Of a stretch of DNA of 64,000 bases, positions 21,999 through 33,444 are shown piece after piece. Source of the DNA: Clostridia bacterium (GTDB lineage Bacteria; Bacillota; Clostridia; Christensenellales; CAG-138); NCBI GenBank assembly GCA_036652795.1, contig JAVVVD010000001.1, positions 159,363 to 223,362 on the forward strand, in the 5' to 3' direction. Within the stretch, counting starts at the first letter, position 1. Every line of letters begins with the position of its first letter. The notes beneath the pieces are model-generated. The model was not told the origin of the DNA, searched no databases, and was given only the letters and a program-made list of their open reading frames with translations. A program made the position numbers and the translations under genes.

Positions 21999-24101
21999 AT
22001 GTCGGAAATGCTTGTGATCGTGGAGTCCCCCGCAAAGGCCAAAACGATTGGTAAGTTTCTTGGTAGCAAGTATAAGGTGGTAGCTTCAAACGGGCACGTG
22101 AGGGATCTTCCCAAGAGTCAGCTCGGCGTGGACGTGGACAATGACTTTCAGCCTAAATACATTACGCTGCGCGGCCGCGGAGATGTTCTAGAGCGAATAA
22201 GGAAGGAAGCCAAGACGGCGAATAAGATATATTTGGCAACTGACCCTGATATGGAGGGTGAAGCGATATCGTGGCATTTGGCGCAGATACTAAAGCTTGA
22301 CGTAAAATCACAATGCCGCATAGTTTTTAATGAGATAACCTCAAACACCGTTAAAAAATCGGTTAAAAATGCGCGTGCGATAGATATGAACCTTGTTGAT
22401 GCGCAGCAGGCGCGGCGTGTACTGGATAGACTGGTTGGGTATAAGATAAGCCCTATATTATGGGCAAAGGTGCGCAAAGGACTTTCAGCCGGCCGGGTTC
22501 AATCTGTTGCAACACGAATAATATGTGATCGTGAGCAGGAGATAATCGACTTTGTACCTGAAGAATATTGGAATATAGTGGCAATATTGGCTGGAAAATC
22601 TATAAAGAAGCCTATAAAAGCTAAGTTTTTTGGCATCAATGGTAAAAAGATGGACATAAAAACAGAACAGCAGGCCAATGAGATTGTTGATAAAAGCAAG
22701 GACGCAAGGTTTGATATAACGGATATAAAAGTAATAGAAAAACCGCGCCATGCGCCAGCTCCGTTCATAACAAGCAGCCTTCAGCAGGAGGCGTCACGAA
22801 AACTTAGCTTTACAACAAAACTTACAATGCTTGTGGCTCAGCAACTGTATGAAGGCATAGAATTGCAGGGCAGTGGTGGACTTACCGGTCTTATTACATA
22901 TATTAGAACGGATTCAGTGCGCATAGCGGATGAAGCGCAGCAGCAGGCACTGGGCTATATAGCAAAACAATATGGTGAAAAGTATGTGCCTAATCAGCCA
23001 AACATATATAAAGGACGCAAGGGTGCGCAGGATGCGCATGAGGCAATCCGCCCAGCAAACCTGGAGTTGACGCCACAGGGAATAAGAGGCTCACTAAACA
23101 ACAATCAATATAAGCTATACAGGCTGATATATGAGCGCTTCCTTGCCAGCCAGATGGCTGAAGCGGTGTTTGAAAATAGCACAGTTACATTCGATGCAAA
23201 TGGCTGCACATATAAAGCGAACGGCGTGCGAACAATATTTGATGGGTATACAGCCGTATATACAGAAGGCAGAGATGATACTGACGAAAATGAAACAGCG
23301 CTGCCAAAACTGTCAAAAGAAGATGTATTTACTGCGGATGATATCCAGAGCGAACAGCGATTTACACAGCCGTTGCCGCGCTATACTGAGGCTTCACTGG
23401 TAAAAACACTTGAAGAAAAGGGCATTGGTCGCCCAAGCACATATTCACCTACGATATCAACAATAATTGACCGCGGCTATGTGCAACGCGAAAAAAAGCT
23501 GCTTATCCCAACAGAGCTTGGCTTCGTGGTTACGCAGATAATGAAGGACAATTTTGATAATATTGTTGACATCAAGTTTACCGCCGACATGGAGAGTAAA
23601 CTGGATTTTGTTAAGGATGGGGAACAGGGCTGGACGGAGGTAATCCGCGAATTCTATGAACCTTTCAGAATAACGATCGAAAAGGCAGCCGAGAGCATCG
23701 AAAAAATCGTAATACCCGATGTTGTGTCCGATATCCCATGCGAAAAGTGTGGGGCTATGATGGTATATAAGATGGGCAGATTCGGCAAGTTTTTGGCATG
23801 TCCTAATTTCCCCGATTGCCGCAGTACTAAGGCAATAATTGAGAAGATAGATGTGCCATGCCCCAAATGTGGAAATATGCTGATAAAACGCAAGTCAAAG
23901 CGTGGCAAGGTGTTTTATGGATGTGAAAAATATCCGGATTGCGACTTCGTATCGTGGGATAGACCCACAAAGGACAAGTGCCCAAAATGCGGAGCGATAA
24001 TGGTGCATAAAATGGGCCCAAACGGTGGTTACACTATCTGCTCGGATAAGGCGTGCGGGTTTGTGGTTAGGGCAATCAAGAAGGGGAATGAGAATGAATG
24101 A
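21999..24101 (+). CDS. topA: DNA topoisomerase I
   Basis: TOPRIM start [13 protein letters not shown], the active-site region YIRTDS, and C-terminal Cys4 zinc ribbons (CEKCG...CPNFPDC repeated three times). Confidence 0.96.
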   Translation: MSEMLVIVESPAKAKTIGKFLGSKYKVVASNGHVRDLPKSQLGVDVDNDFQPKYITLRGRGDVLERIRKEAKTANKIYLATDPDMEGEAISWHLAQILKLDVKSQCRIVFNEITSNTVKKSVKNARAIDMNLVDAQQARRVLDRLVGYKISPILWAKVRKGLSAGRVQSVATRIICDREQEIIDFVPEEYWNIVAILAGKSIKKPIKAKFFGINGKKMDIKTEQQANEIVDKSKDARFDITDIKVIEKPRHAPAPFITSSLQQEASRKLSFTTKLTMLVAQQLYEGIELQGSGGLTGLITYIRTDSVRIADEAQQQALGYIAKQYGEKYVPNQPNIYKGRKGAQDAHEAIRPANLELTPQGIRGSLNNNQYKLYRLIYERFLASQMAEAVFENSTVTFDANGCTYKANGVRTIFDGYTAVYTEGRDDTDENETALPKLSKEDVFTADDIQSEQRFTQPLPRYTEASLVKTLEEKGIGRPSTYSPTISTIIDRGYVQREKKLLIPTELGFVVTQIMKDNFDNIVDIKFTADMESKLDFVKDGEQGWTEVIREFYEPFRITIEKAAESIEKIVIPDVVSDIPCEKCGAMMVYKMGRFGKFLACPNFPDCRSTKAIIEKIDVPCPKCGNMLIKRKSKRGKVFYGCEKYPDCDFVSWDRPTKDKCPKCGAIMVHKMGPNGGYTICSDKACGFVVRAIKKGNENE

Positions 24102-25395
24102 CCGTGTGACGGTGATAGGTGCTGGCCTTGCGGGATGTGAAGCCGCGTTTCAGCTTGCTGAGCGCGGCATAACTGTATTCCTGTATGAAATGAAGCCTCA
24201 GCGTAAATTGCCGGCGCATAAATCAAATAATTTTTGTGAACTTGTGTGCTCAAATTCCCTTAGATCGGACAGGCTGCAAAATGCTGTAGGCTTGCTTAAA
24301 GAAGAGATGCGCAGGCTTGGTTCGCTGATAATAAGGTGCGCTGATGAAACGCGCGTACCAGCCGGAGGAGCGCTTGCTGTAGATAGAGATGGATTTTCGG
24401 CGCTGGTAACACAGCGCATACGCAGCCATCCAAATATACAAATAATAGAAAGCGAGATAGGTGAGCTTCCAAAAGGCCCGGCAATAGTAGCTACAGGGCC
24501 GCTTACTGATGGTAAACTGATAGAATCTATAGAAGAAGCGCTGGGTGAGGGATTGCACTTTTTTGATGCGGCGGCGCCAATAATTACGAAGGAATCGCTG
24601 GACATGGATAAGGTGTTTTGCGCTTCAAGGTATGAACGTGGCAGCGATTATCTTAATTGTGCAATGACAAGGGAGGAATATTTTGCCTTTGTTCGTGAAT
24701 TGGTAACGGCGGAAGCTGCGCCACTGCACGACTTTGAATTTGTTAAGGTGTTCGAAGGATGTATGCCAATTGAAATAATGGCGAAGCGTGGGGATATGAC
24801 ACTTGCATTTGGCCCGCTAAAACCAATCGGCCTATCCGATGAAAGAACGGGAGAAAGACCATTTGCGGTGGTGCAATTAAGACAGGATGATGCGGCTGGT
24901 ACGCTGTATAACATAGTAGGGTTTCAGACTAACCTTAAATTTGCAGAGCAACGGCGCGTATTTAGCATGATACCAGGGCTGGAACACGCCGAATTCATGC
25001 GCTATGGTGTAATGCATCGAAACAGCTTCATAAATTCTCCTGGTAAGTTGGACTGTGATTATCAGGTAAAAGCAATACCAGGATTATATTTTGCAGGCCA
25101 GATCACAGGAGTTGAGGGCTATGTTGAAAGTGCCTCCAGCGGACTCGTGGCTGGATTGAACCTTGCGCGCGAACAGCTGGGTAAAGGTAAGCTGGATTTT
25201 ACCCGCACAACGGCAATAGGCGCACTGTCGCATTATGTTTCAGGGTATGCCGGCAAGGATTTTCAGCCGATGAACATGAACTTTGGAATAATGGAGCCGC
25301 TTATAAACCCACCGCGGAACAAGATGCAGCGTTATGAGCTTACCAGCGAACGTGCTTTAAGAATATTAAGTGACGTCATTGAGAATAAAATGTAA
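24094..25395 (+). CDS. trmFO: methylenetetrahydrofolate--tRNA-(uracil54-C5)-methyltransferase TrmFO
   Basis: [21 protein letters not shown]-binding start. The ORF track start 24025 overlaps topA. Confidence 0.9.
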   Translation: MNDRVTVIGAGLAGCEAAFQLAERGITVFLYEMKPQRKLPAHKSNNFCELVCSNSLRSDRLQNAVGLLKEEMRRLGSLIIRCADETRVPAGGALAVDRDGFSALVTQRIRSHPNIQIIESEIGELPKGPAIVATGPLTDGKLIESIEEALGEGLHFFDAAAPIITKESLDMDKVFCASRYERGSDYLNCAMTREEYFAFVRELVTAEAAPLHDFEFVKVFEGCMPIEIMAKRGDMTLAFGPLKPIGLSDERTGERPFAVVQLRQDDAAGTLYNIVGFQTNLKFAEQRRVFSMIPGLEHAEFMRYGVMHRNSFINSPGKLDCDYQVKAIPGLYFAGQITGVEGYVESASSGLVAGLNLAREQLGKGKLDFTRTTAIGALSHYVSGYAGKDFQPMNMNFGIMEPLINPPRNKMQRYELTSERALRILSDVIENKM

Positions 25396-25472
25396 AGTAT
25401 GTGTATACAAGTAAAAAAGTAACTTGATCTGTGCTATTATTGCCTTAGGAATATTTTTGAGAGGTATTACTT

Positions 25473-26006
25473 ATGCCATTGATGGGAACAACGATAATTG
25501 CAGTTAAAAGGGATGGAAAATGTGCGGTGGCCGGCGATGGACAGGTTACCATGGGAGAAAAAACGATAATGAAGCATACCGCATGCAAGGTACGCAGGCT
25601 TTATCATAATAACGTGGTGGTGGGCTTTGCAGGCTCAGTGGCTGACGCATTTTCACTATGCGAGCGGTTCGAGGCGAAACTGGAGCAATACAGCGGCAGC
25701 CTGAAACGTGCGGCCGTATCGCTTGCGCAGGATTGGCGCAGCGACAAAGCTATGCGGCAGTTAGAAGCGCTGCTGATAGCGGCTGATGTGGAGGAATTGC
25801 TGATCATATCGGGGACAGGCGAGGTGATAGATCCTGACGATGGCATAGCGGCGATCGGATCTGGAGGGATGTATGCATTGGCGGCAGCCAAGGCGCTTAA
25901 GGATAATACCGACCTCTCAGCGCGCGAAATAGCTGAAAAATCACTGTTGATAGCCTCGGATATATGTATCTTTACCAATGGAAACATATCCGTTGAGGAG
26001 GTTTAA
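25473..26006 (+). CDS. hslV: ATP-dependent protease subunit HslV
   Basis: [11 protein letters not shown] Thr-protease N-terminus and GSGG motif. Paired with hslU. Confidence 0.92.
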   Translation: MPLMGTTIIAVKRDGKCAVAGDGQVTMGEKTIMKHTACKVRRLYHNNVVVGFAGSVADAFSLCERFEAKLEQYSGSLKRAAVSLAQDWRSDKAMRQLEALLIAADVEELLIISGTGEVIDPDDGIAAIGSGGMYALAAAKALKDNTDLSAREIAEKSLLIASDICIFTNGNISVEEV

Positions 26007-26008
26007 AC

Positions 26009-27394
26009 ATGCTTACACCAAAAGAAATAGTAGACGCACTGGATAAACATATAATCGGACAGGATAGCGCAAAACGTGCTGTAGCGATAGCACTGCGTAA
26101 CCGTTATCGTCGCAGCAGGCTTTCACCTGAGCTGCGTGAGGAGATTACGCCGAAAAATATAATAATGATGGGGCCAACAGGCGTAGGCAAAACTGAAATC
26201 GCCAGAAGGCTTGCGAAGCTCGTTAACGCTCCGCTGGTAAAGGTTGAGGCCACGAAGTTTACCGAAGTAGGATATGTGGGACGGGATGTGGATTCCATGA
26301 TACGCGATCTTGTGGAGGCGTCTATACGGCTTTGCAAGGAGAAAAAGGCGGAGCAGGTAAGGGTGATGGCTGAAGTTGCGGCGGAGCAGCGTCTGATCGA
26401 TCTGCTGATGCCATCTCAGGCCAAGCGTGCGCATGTGAGTGTTAACCCGCTTCAGTTGCTGCTTGGCGGTGGACAGAGCCAGCCCGCCGAGCCGGAACTT
26501 TCCGAAAACGAGAAGACCGAGCGGCTTACAAAACGCCAGGAGGTGGCACAGGCGCTTTGCAGTGGGCAGCTTGATAATGAACTTGTTGAGGTTGAGGTAG
26601 AACAAAACAATACAGGCAATGACGCTATGATTGCGATGGGGATAGATATAAACCTCAACGAGATGATAGGCGGCATATTACCCACAAAAAAGAAAAAGCG
26701 CAGGGTAAATACAGTTGAAGCCCGCCGTATACTCATTCAGGAGGAAACAGATAAGCTCATAGATATGGATGAGGTTATCCGCGAGGCGATTGAACTTGCA
26801 GAGCAGGAAGGCATAATATTTATCGATGAAATAGATAAAATTGCCGGATCACAGCATAATTCAGGTCCAGATGTATCGCGTGAAGGCGTGCAGCGCGACA
26901 TATTGCCTATTGTTGAAGGCTGCACAGTTAATACTAAGTATGGACCTGTAAAAACTGATTTCATACTGTTTATTGCTGCCGGAGCGTTCCATGTTTCAAA
27001 GGTGTCGGATCTTATACCAGAGTTGCAGGGGCGTTTCCCAATAAGGGTAAAGCTGGATGCGCTGCGTGTGGATGACTATAAGCGCATATTGACGCAGCCG
27101 GAGCATGCTATTACAAAACAATATGCTGCACTGCTGTCAACAGATAATATCGTACTTAATTTTGAACACGATTCATTGGACGAGATAGCTCAGTGCGCAT
27201 TTAACGCCAATGAAACCGGAGAAAATATTGGAGCAAGGCGTCTGCATACGATAATGGAAAACCTGCTGGATGATATATCATTTAACGCTTCTGGTGATCA
27301 CCCAATTATTAAGGTGACAGTAGATCAAAAGTATGTGAAAGAACACTTGTCCAGTGAGTTTGACGGAGAGGATCTGCATAAATACATACTGTGA
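26009..27394 (+). CDS. hslU: ATP-dependent protease ATPase subunit HslU
   Basis: LTPKEIVDALDKHIIGQDSAK, Walker A GPTGVGKTEIARRLA and IIFIDEIDKI. Confidence 0.96.
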   Translation: MLTPKEIVDALDKHIIGQDSAKRAVAIALRNRYRRSRLSPELREEITPKNIIMMGPTGVGKTEIARRLAKLVNAPLVKVEATKFTEVGYVGRDVDSMIRDLVEASIRLCKEKKAEQVRVMAEVAAEQRLIDLLMPSQAKRAHVSVNPLQLLLGGGQSQPAEPELSENEKTERLTKRQEVAQALCSGQLDNELVEVEVEQNNTGNDAMIAMGIDINLNEMIGGILPTKKKKRRVNTVEARRILIQEETDKLIDMDEVIREAIELAEQEGIIFIDEIDKIAGSQHNSGPDVSREGVQRDILPIVEGCTVNTKYGPVKTDFILFIAAGAFHVSKVSDLIPELQGRFPIRVKLDALRVDDYKRILTQPEHAITKQYAALLSTDNIVLNFEHDSLDEIAQCAFNANETGENIGARRLHTIMENLLDDISFNASGDHPIIKVTVDQKYVKEHLSSEFDGEDLHKYIL

Positions 27395-28383
27395 AAAATA
27401 TACGAACAAAAAAGAAACTGTTTGCAGCTATTCTATGGTCGCTTGTCACAATTGCACTCATTGGCTGTGGCGCGGCGACAACGGGTAACCTGCTGCCGGC
27501 TTATATGGATGAGGAGATGCTTTCTGACGATGTTATCGAGTTGGACATGCCCGCTTCATCTACAGATATAGTTAAATCAAAGGCGCCGGTAACGTCAACA
27601 GATATAATAGAGCTTAACGTGCCATTCACGCCAGAGCCGGCTATAAATACGCCGGCACCTTCACCAACCCCTTCGTTGACCCCGGAATACACAGTCACCG
27701 AAATGGATGGGAAAAAAGGGTATGTCTATTCAAAAACTATTAATCTGCGCAATGACCCCAACACCCAAAGCGATATATTGGCTGAGTACAAAAAGAATGA
27801 TAAGCTGAAAGTTACAGGCGAGAGTGGCGAATGGTATAGGGTAGAGATAGATAACCAAACTGGCTTTATGCTTAAAGAATTTGTCCACTTAGGTAGCGTA
27901 CCTACACCAACACCAAAGCCGAAATCAACATCAAAACCAAAATCAACACCTAAGCCAAGCATATCACCCACATCGTCTCCGTCTGATGGCGAAAGTGATG
28001 GCGGATCAGGTGGATTTAGCGCAGATGACATATATCTTACGGCGCAGCTTGTCAGCAAAGAGAGCTCGCGCAGCGATATTGACGGGTATAGGGCGGTGGC
28101 AAACGTTATATTAAACCGTGTTAATAGCAAGAAGTTCCCAAACAGCGTGGAAGGCGTGATATTTCAAGGCAATGGATCGCAGTTCAGCCCTGCAAAGAAC
28201 GAGTCTTCGTTGCGTGCGGTAAAACCTACAAAGGATATGCTAAAGGCTGTGGAAGAAGTTTTTGGCGGCAATACAATACTTGCGGATAATGTAATGTATT
28301 TCCGTGCCGCAAGCAGCGGCGAAAGCTGGGGCAGCGTTAGGGTATATTATGGAACCTACGGAGGAAATGCATTTTTCAGCTAA
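27391..28383 (+). CDS. lipoprotein with SH3b domain and SleB-type cell wall hydrolase domain
   Basis: Lipobox LIGCG, an SH3b-like segment (VYSKTINLRNDPN...WYRVEIDNQTGFM), a P/T/S/K-rich linker, and a SleB-like hydrolase domain (AVANVILNRVNSKKFPNSVEGVIFQ...QFSP). GTG start overlaps the hslU stop. Confidence 0.78.
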   Translation: MKNIRTKKKLFAAILWSLVTIALIGCGAATTGNLLPAYMDEEMLSDDVIELDMPASSTDIVKSKAPVTSTDIIELNVPFTPEPAINTPAPSPTPSLTPEYTVTEMDGKKGYVYSKTINLRNDPNTQSDILAEYKKNDKLKVTGESGEWYRVEIDNQTGFMLKEFVHLGSVPTPTPKPKSTSKPKSTPKPSISPTSSPSDGESDGGSGGFSADDIYLTAQLVSKESSRSDIDGYRAVANVILNRVNSKKFPNSVEGVIFQGNGSQFSPAKNESSLRAVKPTKDMLKAVEEVFGGNTILADNVMYFRAASSGESWGSVRVYYGTYGGNAFFS

Positions 28384-28448
28384 ATAATTTATATAAACAC
28401 CGGCCACAATAATACCGCTATCTCTAAAGCAGAAAGGCGGTATTTTCT

Positions 28449-30839
28449 ATGCGCGCGATAATAATGGCTGGAGGCTCTGGCAAGCGCCTGCGCCCAATCA
28501 CATGCAGCATACCCAAGCCAATGGTCCCGCTGCTAAATAAACCCGTTATAGATTATTGTATAGAACTGATAAAATCACATGGGATCACGGATATAAGCAT
28601 TACGCTTTTTTATCTTCCAAACAAAATAAAAGAGCATATTGGCGATGGCAGCAGATTTGGTGTGGATGTTTCATATTCCACAGAGGATCAACCGCTTGGC
28701 ACTGCGGGCAGTGTAAAGCTTGCGGCCGGAGAACGCAGCGATAGACTTATCGTTATAAGCGGTGACGCAATATGTGATATCGACCTGACAGAGGCAATAA
28801 GATCACATGAGGCAAGCGGCGCAGCCGTAACAATAGTGCTTAAAAAAGTGACTGCACCAATGGAATATGGGGTAGTCCTTACAGATGAAACGGGTAGAAT
28901 AACCAGGTTCCTGGAGAAGCCGATGATAAGCGAGGTGTTCAGCGACCTTGCAAACACAGGAATATATATAATAGAACCCGAGGTAATGCAACTGATACCG
29001 GACGGACAGATGTTTGATTTTAGCTGCGACCTTTTTCCTCTGCTGATGCAACGAGGTGCTAAGATGAATGGATATGAAACAAATGGTTATTGGTGTGACA
29101 TAGGCGATTTGTATCAATATATGAGCGCGCAGCGTGAAATGCTCTCTGGCAAGTGCCATTTTACAAGTGCGGCGGCGGAAATAGGCGGGATATACCGTGA
29201 GCAAGGCGCAAGAATATCAGACAAAGCTATACTGCGCGCACCATGCTATATTGGATCATGTGCTGAGATAGCCGACAACGTTGTGATAGACGAATACGCG
29301 GTGATAGGAAGTGGATGCAGAATAGGCAGAGGAGCAAGTATCAGGCGCAGTGTGCTTATGAATAATGTCCGTGTGCGGGATAATGCTGAGCTGCGCGGTG
29401 CGATAGTGTGTGAGAATGCACATATAGACCGCGGCGCTCAACTTTTTGAGGGAGCGGTGATCGCTAAGGGTTGCACGCTTGGCAAGGGATGCGCAGTTAA
29501 AAAGAATGTGCTTATTTGGCCGGATAAGGAGTTGGCGGCGGACACGCAATATAGCGCAAACGTGGTATGGGAAGACAGCGAAGCTTTGAGTGGCGATTCC
29601 ATGCTTCGTGGTCATTGTGATTATGATCTTACACCAGAGCGGGCGGTGCGCATAGGCGCAGTGATAGCATCGATGCAGCATGGCCAGAGGGAATTTGCTA
29701 TAGCCACAGACGGAAGCTTACAGGCAAATATGCTTAAACATGCTGTGATATCCGGAATGATATCACAGGGCGCGGACGTATATGAGCTGGAGTGCTGTTC
29801 GCGCACGGCGTTTGAGTTTTCTATAGAACACGATGGACTCTCAGGAGGTGTGATGATTAAACGGTGCAGTCATGATCCGCATATGACTGAATTGTTGGTA
29901 TGTGACGGCCTTGGCGCGCTTATTAACGCCAAAGAACTCAGATGCTTTAAAAGTGAGATCAGACAAGGCGAGCACCATCCTGCTACAGACGAACGGCTAG
30001 GAGTGCTTCAACGCCTTGGAGGCAGTACAAAGGCGTATGAGGCGCATGTTGCAAGGGAGCTTGGCAACTTTGAGGGTGATGGTATGTGTATAATAATAGC
30101 GGATAATAAACCTATGTTCGATACGGTGCTACGGGTTCTGTCGCCGCACGGAGTTAGGGTGCAGTTTATGGAGGGGCGTAAGGGAGAAAAACTGCACGGA
30201 GCAATGGTGCAATCCGGCGCGGAATTGGGCTGTATAGTTGATGCGGATAATGATGTAACAGCGCTGATATATGGAGACCGCTATATAAACAGGTATGAGT
30301 TGTATGCAGTGTTGGTGCTGGACTCCCTACGTAACGGACGAATGGAAAGCTTTACACTTCCTATCAGCATACCGAACGAATACATAGCTTATCTTAAACG
30401 GCATGGTGCAAAGATAATCCATTGTGCAAGCGCAAACGCACAGTGGCGCAGAGCCGCAAAAACAGGCGACACGTATCTGCCGGAGCTCTTTGAACCAGAA
30501 AGCATGATAGTACGACTGACAACGCTTGTAAAGAGCAACGCGCTTGCGAGCTATCTACATGAGCTGCCGCAATCCTGCACAAGCGAAGTGGATGTAGGCT
30601 GCTCATGGAAGGATATAGGCGGTATTCTGCGCAGCCTTGTGCAAACCGAAAGAGAAGATCGCGTGGAACTTATGGATGGCATAAAGATAAAAGATGATGA
30701 TGGATGGGTGCTTGTGCAGGCAAATCCACAGGCTACGGCTTGCCGAATAATGGCAGGCAGCTATAATCAGGAGTATTCAAAAGAGCTTTGCGATATATAT
30801 CGTGACAGGATAAAGGATATGCTTAAGGACGGACGATGA
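28449..30839 (+). CDS. bifunctional-type sugar-1-phosphate nucleotidyltransferase / phosphohexomutase-like fusion protein
   Basis: N-terminus MRAIIMAGGSGKRLRPIT (NTP transferase), left-handed beta-helix hexapeptide repeats, then a C-terminal half of about 400 aa resembling PGM/PMM alpha/beta/alpha domains. Confidence 0.72.
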   Translation: MRAIIMAGGSGKRLRPITCSIPKPMVPLLNKPVIDYCIELIKSHGITDISITLFYLPNKIKEHIGDGSRFGVDVSYSTEDQPLGTAGSVKLAAGERSDRLIVISGDAICDIDLTEAIRSHEASGAAVTIVLKKVTAPMEYGVVLTDETGRITRFLEKPMISEVFSDLANTGIYIIEPEVMQLIPDGQMFDFSCDLFPLLMQRGAKMNGYETNGYWCDIGDLYQYMSAQREMLSGKCHFTSAAAEIGGIYREQGARISDKAILRAPCYIGSCAEIADNVVIDEYAVIGSGCRIGRGASIRRSVLMNNVRVRDNAELRGAIVCENAHIDRGAQLFEGAVIAKGCTLGKGCAVKKNVLIWPDKELAADTQYSANVVWEDSEALSGDSMLRGHCDYDLTPERAVRIGAVIASMQHGQREFAIATDGSLQANMLKHAVISGMISQGADVYELECCSRTAFEFSIEHDGLSGGVMIKRCSHDPHMTELLVCDGLGALINAKELRCFKSEIRQGEHHPATDERLGVLQRLGGSTKAYEAHVARELGNFEGDGMCIIIADNKPMFDTVLRVLSPHGVRVQFMEGRKGEKLHGAMVQSGAELGCIVDADNDVTALIYGDRYINRYELYAVLVLDSLRNGRMESFTLPISIPNEYIAYLKRHGAKIIHCASANAQWRRAAKTGDTYLPELFEPESMIVRLTTLVKSNALASYLHELPQSCTSEVDVGCSWKDIGGILRSLVQTEREDRVELMDGIKIKDDDGWVLVQANPQATACRIMAGSYNQEYSKELCDIYRDRIKDMLKDGR

Positions 30840-30905
30840 AGGCGGCCTTTGCTTTTTTATATGAATATGGTACAATAAAGTCTCAAATATTTTGGAGGCA
30901 ATATC

Positions 30906-31367
30906 ATGTTCAATATAGTGCTGGTGGAGCCAGAGATACCCGCAAACACAGGCAATATATCACGCACCTGCGCGGTGTGCGGTGCGGCGCTGCATATGGT
31001 TAGACCATTTGGCTTTTCACTGGATGACAAGCACCTTAAAAGGGCAGGCTTGGATTACTGGAAGGATCTTTCAGTATTCTATTATGATTCATTTTCACAG
31101 GTAGAGCAGCAGCATCCGTCCGCACATTTTTTTCTGGCTACGACGCATGCAACCAGAAGCTATTGTGACGTAAGATATAATGACGGGGATTTTCTGGTAT
31201 TCGGCAAAGAAACCGCAGGTCTTGGCGAAGCAATACTGTCAATACGGTCAGCTGATACAATACGCATACCAATGGGCAGTGAACAACGCTCGCTCAACCT
31301 TTCGAACTCAGTGGCTATCGTACTCTATGAGGCACTAAGGCAAAATGGCTTTCCAAAACTGTGTTAA
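30906..31367 (+). CDS. trmL: tRNA (cytidine/uridine34-2'-O)-methyltransferase TrmL (SpoU family)
   Basis: 153 aa. IVLVEPEIPANTGNISRTC and LNLSNSVAIVLYEALRQ SPOUT motifs. Confidence 0.85.
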   Translation: MFNIVLVEPEIPANTGNISRTCAVCGAALHMVRPFGFSLDDKHLKRAGLDYWKDLSVFYYDSFSQVEQQHPSAHFFLATTHATRSYCDVRYNDGDFLVFGKETAGLGEAILSIRSADTIRIPMGSEQRSLNLSNSVAIVLYEALRQNGFPKLC

Positions 31368-31422
31368 AATGCCGTATATTGATAGATTAATAAAATATCC
31401 TCTATTAAATAGTGCTTTTAGC

Positions 31423-31560
31423 TTGACAGGACTATGTGTATTGATTAAAATATCAGTTGTGTGTTCGTTAGGATAGGTGTTTTGCAGCCACAGCCCCGGC
31501 TCGACATGACAAGATCCGCGTGCAAACGAAATAATATGATAAACCATTGGAGGATGAGCC
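31423..31560 (+). promoter_or_regulatory. sigma-A promoter plus a leader of about 105 nt upstream of rplM (candidate L13 leader)
   Basis: TTGACA (31423-31428), a 17-nt spacer, then TAAAAT (31446-31451). A long GC-containing 5' UTR precedes the RBS GGAGGA. The L13-leader identity is not verified. Confidence 0.45.
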
Positions 31561-31992
31561 ATGAAGACCTATATGGCGAAGGGCGAAAACCTCGAACGTA
31601 AGTGGTATGTAGTAGATGCTGACGGAATGGTGCTCGGTCGTCTTGCTTCTCAGGTTGCCGCTATACTTCGTGGAAAACACAAGCCTATATATACTCCGCA
31701 CGTCGATACAGGCGATCACGTTATAATCGTGAATGCGGAAAAGATTGTTTTGACCGGCAAAAAGCTGGATAACAAGAAATACTATCATCACACCGGTTAT
31801 CCGGGAGGACTCAAAGAGACTTCATATCGTGATCTTATGCAGAATAAGCCCGAGTTTGTGCTGTATGAAGCTATCAGGCGTATGATGCCAAAGGGTCCAC
31901 TTGGGCGTAAGATGCTTAAAAAAGTTCGTATATATAAAGGGCCGAGCCATGACAATGCTGCTCAGATGCCCGAAATGCTCAAACTTAAATAG
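31561..31992 (+). CDS. rplM: 50S ribosomal protein L13
   Basis: [20 protein letters not shown]...GRLASQVA...LRGKHKP. Confidence 0.95.
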   Translation: MKTYMAKGENLERKWYVVDADGMVLGRLASQVAAILRGKHKPIYTPHVDTGDHVIIVNAEKIVLTGKKLDNKKYYHHTGYPGGLKETSYRDLMQNKPEFVLYEAIRRMMPKGPLGRKMLKKVRIYKGPSHDNAAQMPEMLKLK

Positions 31993-32012
31993 AAGGGAAG
32001 GAGGAACTAACT

Positions 32013-32408
32013 ATGGCAACTGTTACACAACATCTTGGTACCGGCAGACGTAAGAAGTCCATTGCTCGTGTTCGTCTGATTCCCGGAAACGGAAACATCA
32101 CCGTTAATAAACGCGATCTTGATAGCTACTTTGGTTATGAAACGCTTAAAATGATCGTTCGTGCACCAATGGTGCTTACTGATACGCTAAATAAATTCGA
32201 TGTTAAGGTGAATGTCTATGGCGGCGGAACCACCGGACAGGCAGGCGCAATCCGTCACGGTATTGCCCGTGCGCTCATCGATGCGAATCCTGAGCTTCGT
32301 GGTGCTCTTAAGAAGGCGGGGTTCCTTACACGCGATCCGCGTATGAAGGAAAGAAAGAAGTATGGTCTCAAGGCTGCACGTCGTGCGCCCCAGTTCTCAA
32401 AGAGATAA
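32013..32408 (+). CDS. rpsI: 30S ribosomal protein S9
   Basis: [14 protein letters not shown] ... [19 protein letters not shown] ... C-terminal APQFSKR. Confidence 0.95.
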   Translation: MATVTQHLGTGRRKKSIARVRLIPGNGNITVNKRDLDSYFGYETLKMIVRAPMVLTDTLNKFDVKVNVYGGGTTGQAGAIRHGIARALIDANPELRGALKKAGFLTRDPRMKERKKYGLKAARRAPQFSKR

Positions 32409-32421
32409 TTTTATTACATTC

Positions 32422-32460
32422 AATGCTCAGGCTTTTGCCTGAGCATTATTTGTTGTTTTT
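32422..32460 (+). terminator. rho-independent terminator after rpsI
   Basis: AATGCTCAGGC-TTTT-GCCTGAGCATT perfect 11-bp stem followed by a T-rich run. Confidence 0.8.
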
Positions 32461-32510
32461 ATGATTATGGGATATAATACCTCCATTACAATTAACTTAG
32501 AGGTGGAATT

Positions 32511-33419
32511 ATGATAGATATAGCTATAGTCGGGGGCGGGCCAGCAGGGCTTTCTGCTGGCATTTATGGTGCGCGTAGCGGCAGAAGCACTGTGCTGTTT
32601 GAAGGCGTATTCCTGGGCGGGCAGATTACAAGGACGGCATCTGTTGAGAATTATCCGGGCTTTTATGAGTCGATAGATGGTTTTTCTATAGCTGATAAGT
32701 TTGAAAAGCAGGCTGTTAGATTCGGACTGGAGATAAAAAGCGAAAATGTAACTGCGCTGCAACTTTCGGGTATAACAAAAAAGATTATTTGCGGCTCAAA
32801 CACGTATGAGGCAAAGACTGTAATAATTGCCACAGGCGCAATGCCACGCAAGCTGGGAATATCTCGTGAGGGTGAGCTTACAGGAGCAGGCATATCGTAT
32901 TGCGCAACATGTGATGGTGCATTCTTTCGCGAAAAAGCTGTGGCGGTAGTAGGCGGTGGAGATACGGCGGTATCGGATGCACTGTATCTTGCCAAATTTG
33001 CAAGCCGAGTGTATCTTGTGCATAGACGTAACCAGCTGCGTGCCGTGCAGACCTTGCAGGATGCGCTGAGAGGAGAAAAACGCATTGAACTCGTACTCGA
33101 CAACGTGCCGAACGAAATATGCGGAGAAAGCGCTGTGAGCGCCTTGAAGGTGCGTAATGTGAAAACGGATGCGGTGCGCAAGCTTGAGGTGGAGGGAATA
33201 TTTGTAGCGATAGGAATAGATCCCAATTCGAGTGTTGTTAAGGATGAGCTCAAGCTTGATAATGGTGGGTATATTATCACCGATACAAAGTTAAACACTT
33301 CAGTAACAGGGGTATTCGCGGCTGGCGATGTTAGGGATACTCCACTGCGTCAAGTAGTTACGGCGGCGGCTGATGGCGCTGTGGCAGCAACATCGGCGAT
33401 TGAATATTTAATGGCATAG
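32511..33419 (+). CDS. trxB: thioredoxin-disulfide reductase
   Basis: IAIVGGGPAGLSAG FAD site, redox-active CATCDG and a VVGGGDTA NADPH site. Confidence 0.9.
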   Translation: MIDIAIVGGGPAGLSAGIYGARSGRSTVLFEGVFLGGQITRTASVENYPGFYESIDGFSIADKFEKQAVRFGLEIKSENVTALQLSGITKKIICGSNTYEAKTVIIATGAMPRKLGISREGELTGAGISYCATCDGAFFREKAVAVVGGGDTAVSDALYLAKFASRVYLVHRRNQLRAVQTLQDALRGEKRIELVLDNVPNEICGESAVSALKVRNVKTDAVRKLEVEGIFVAIGIDPNSSVVKDELKLDNGGYIITDTKLNTSVTGVFAAGDVRDTPLRQVVTAAADGAVAATSAIEYLMA

Positions 33420-33444
33420 AGCTATTTCTTTTGGGGAGGAATGT

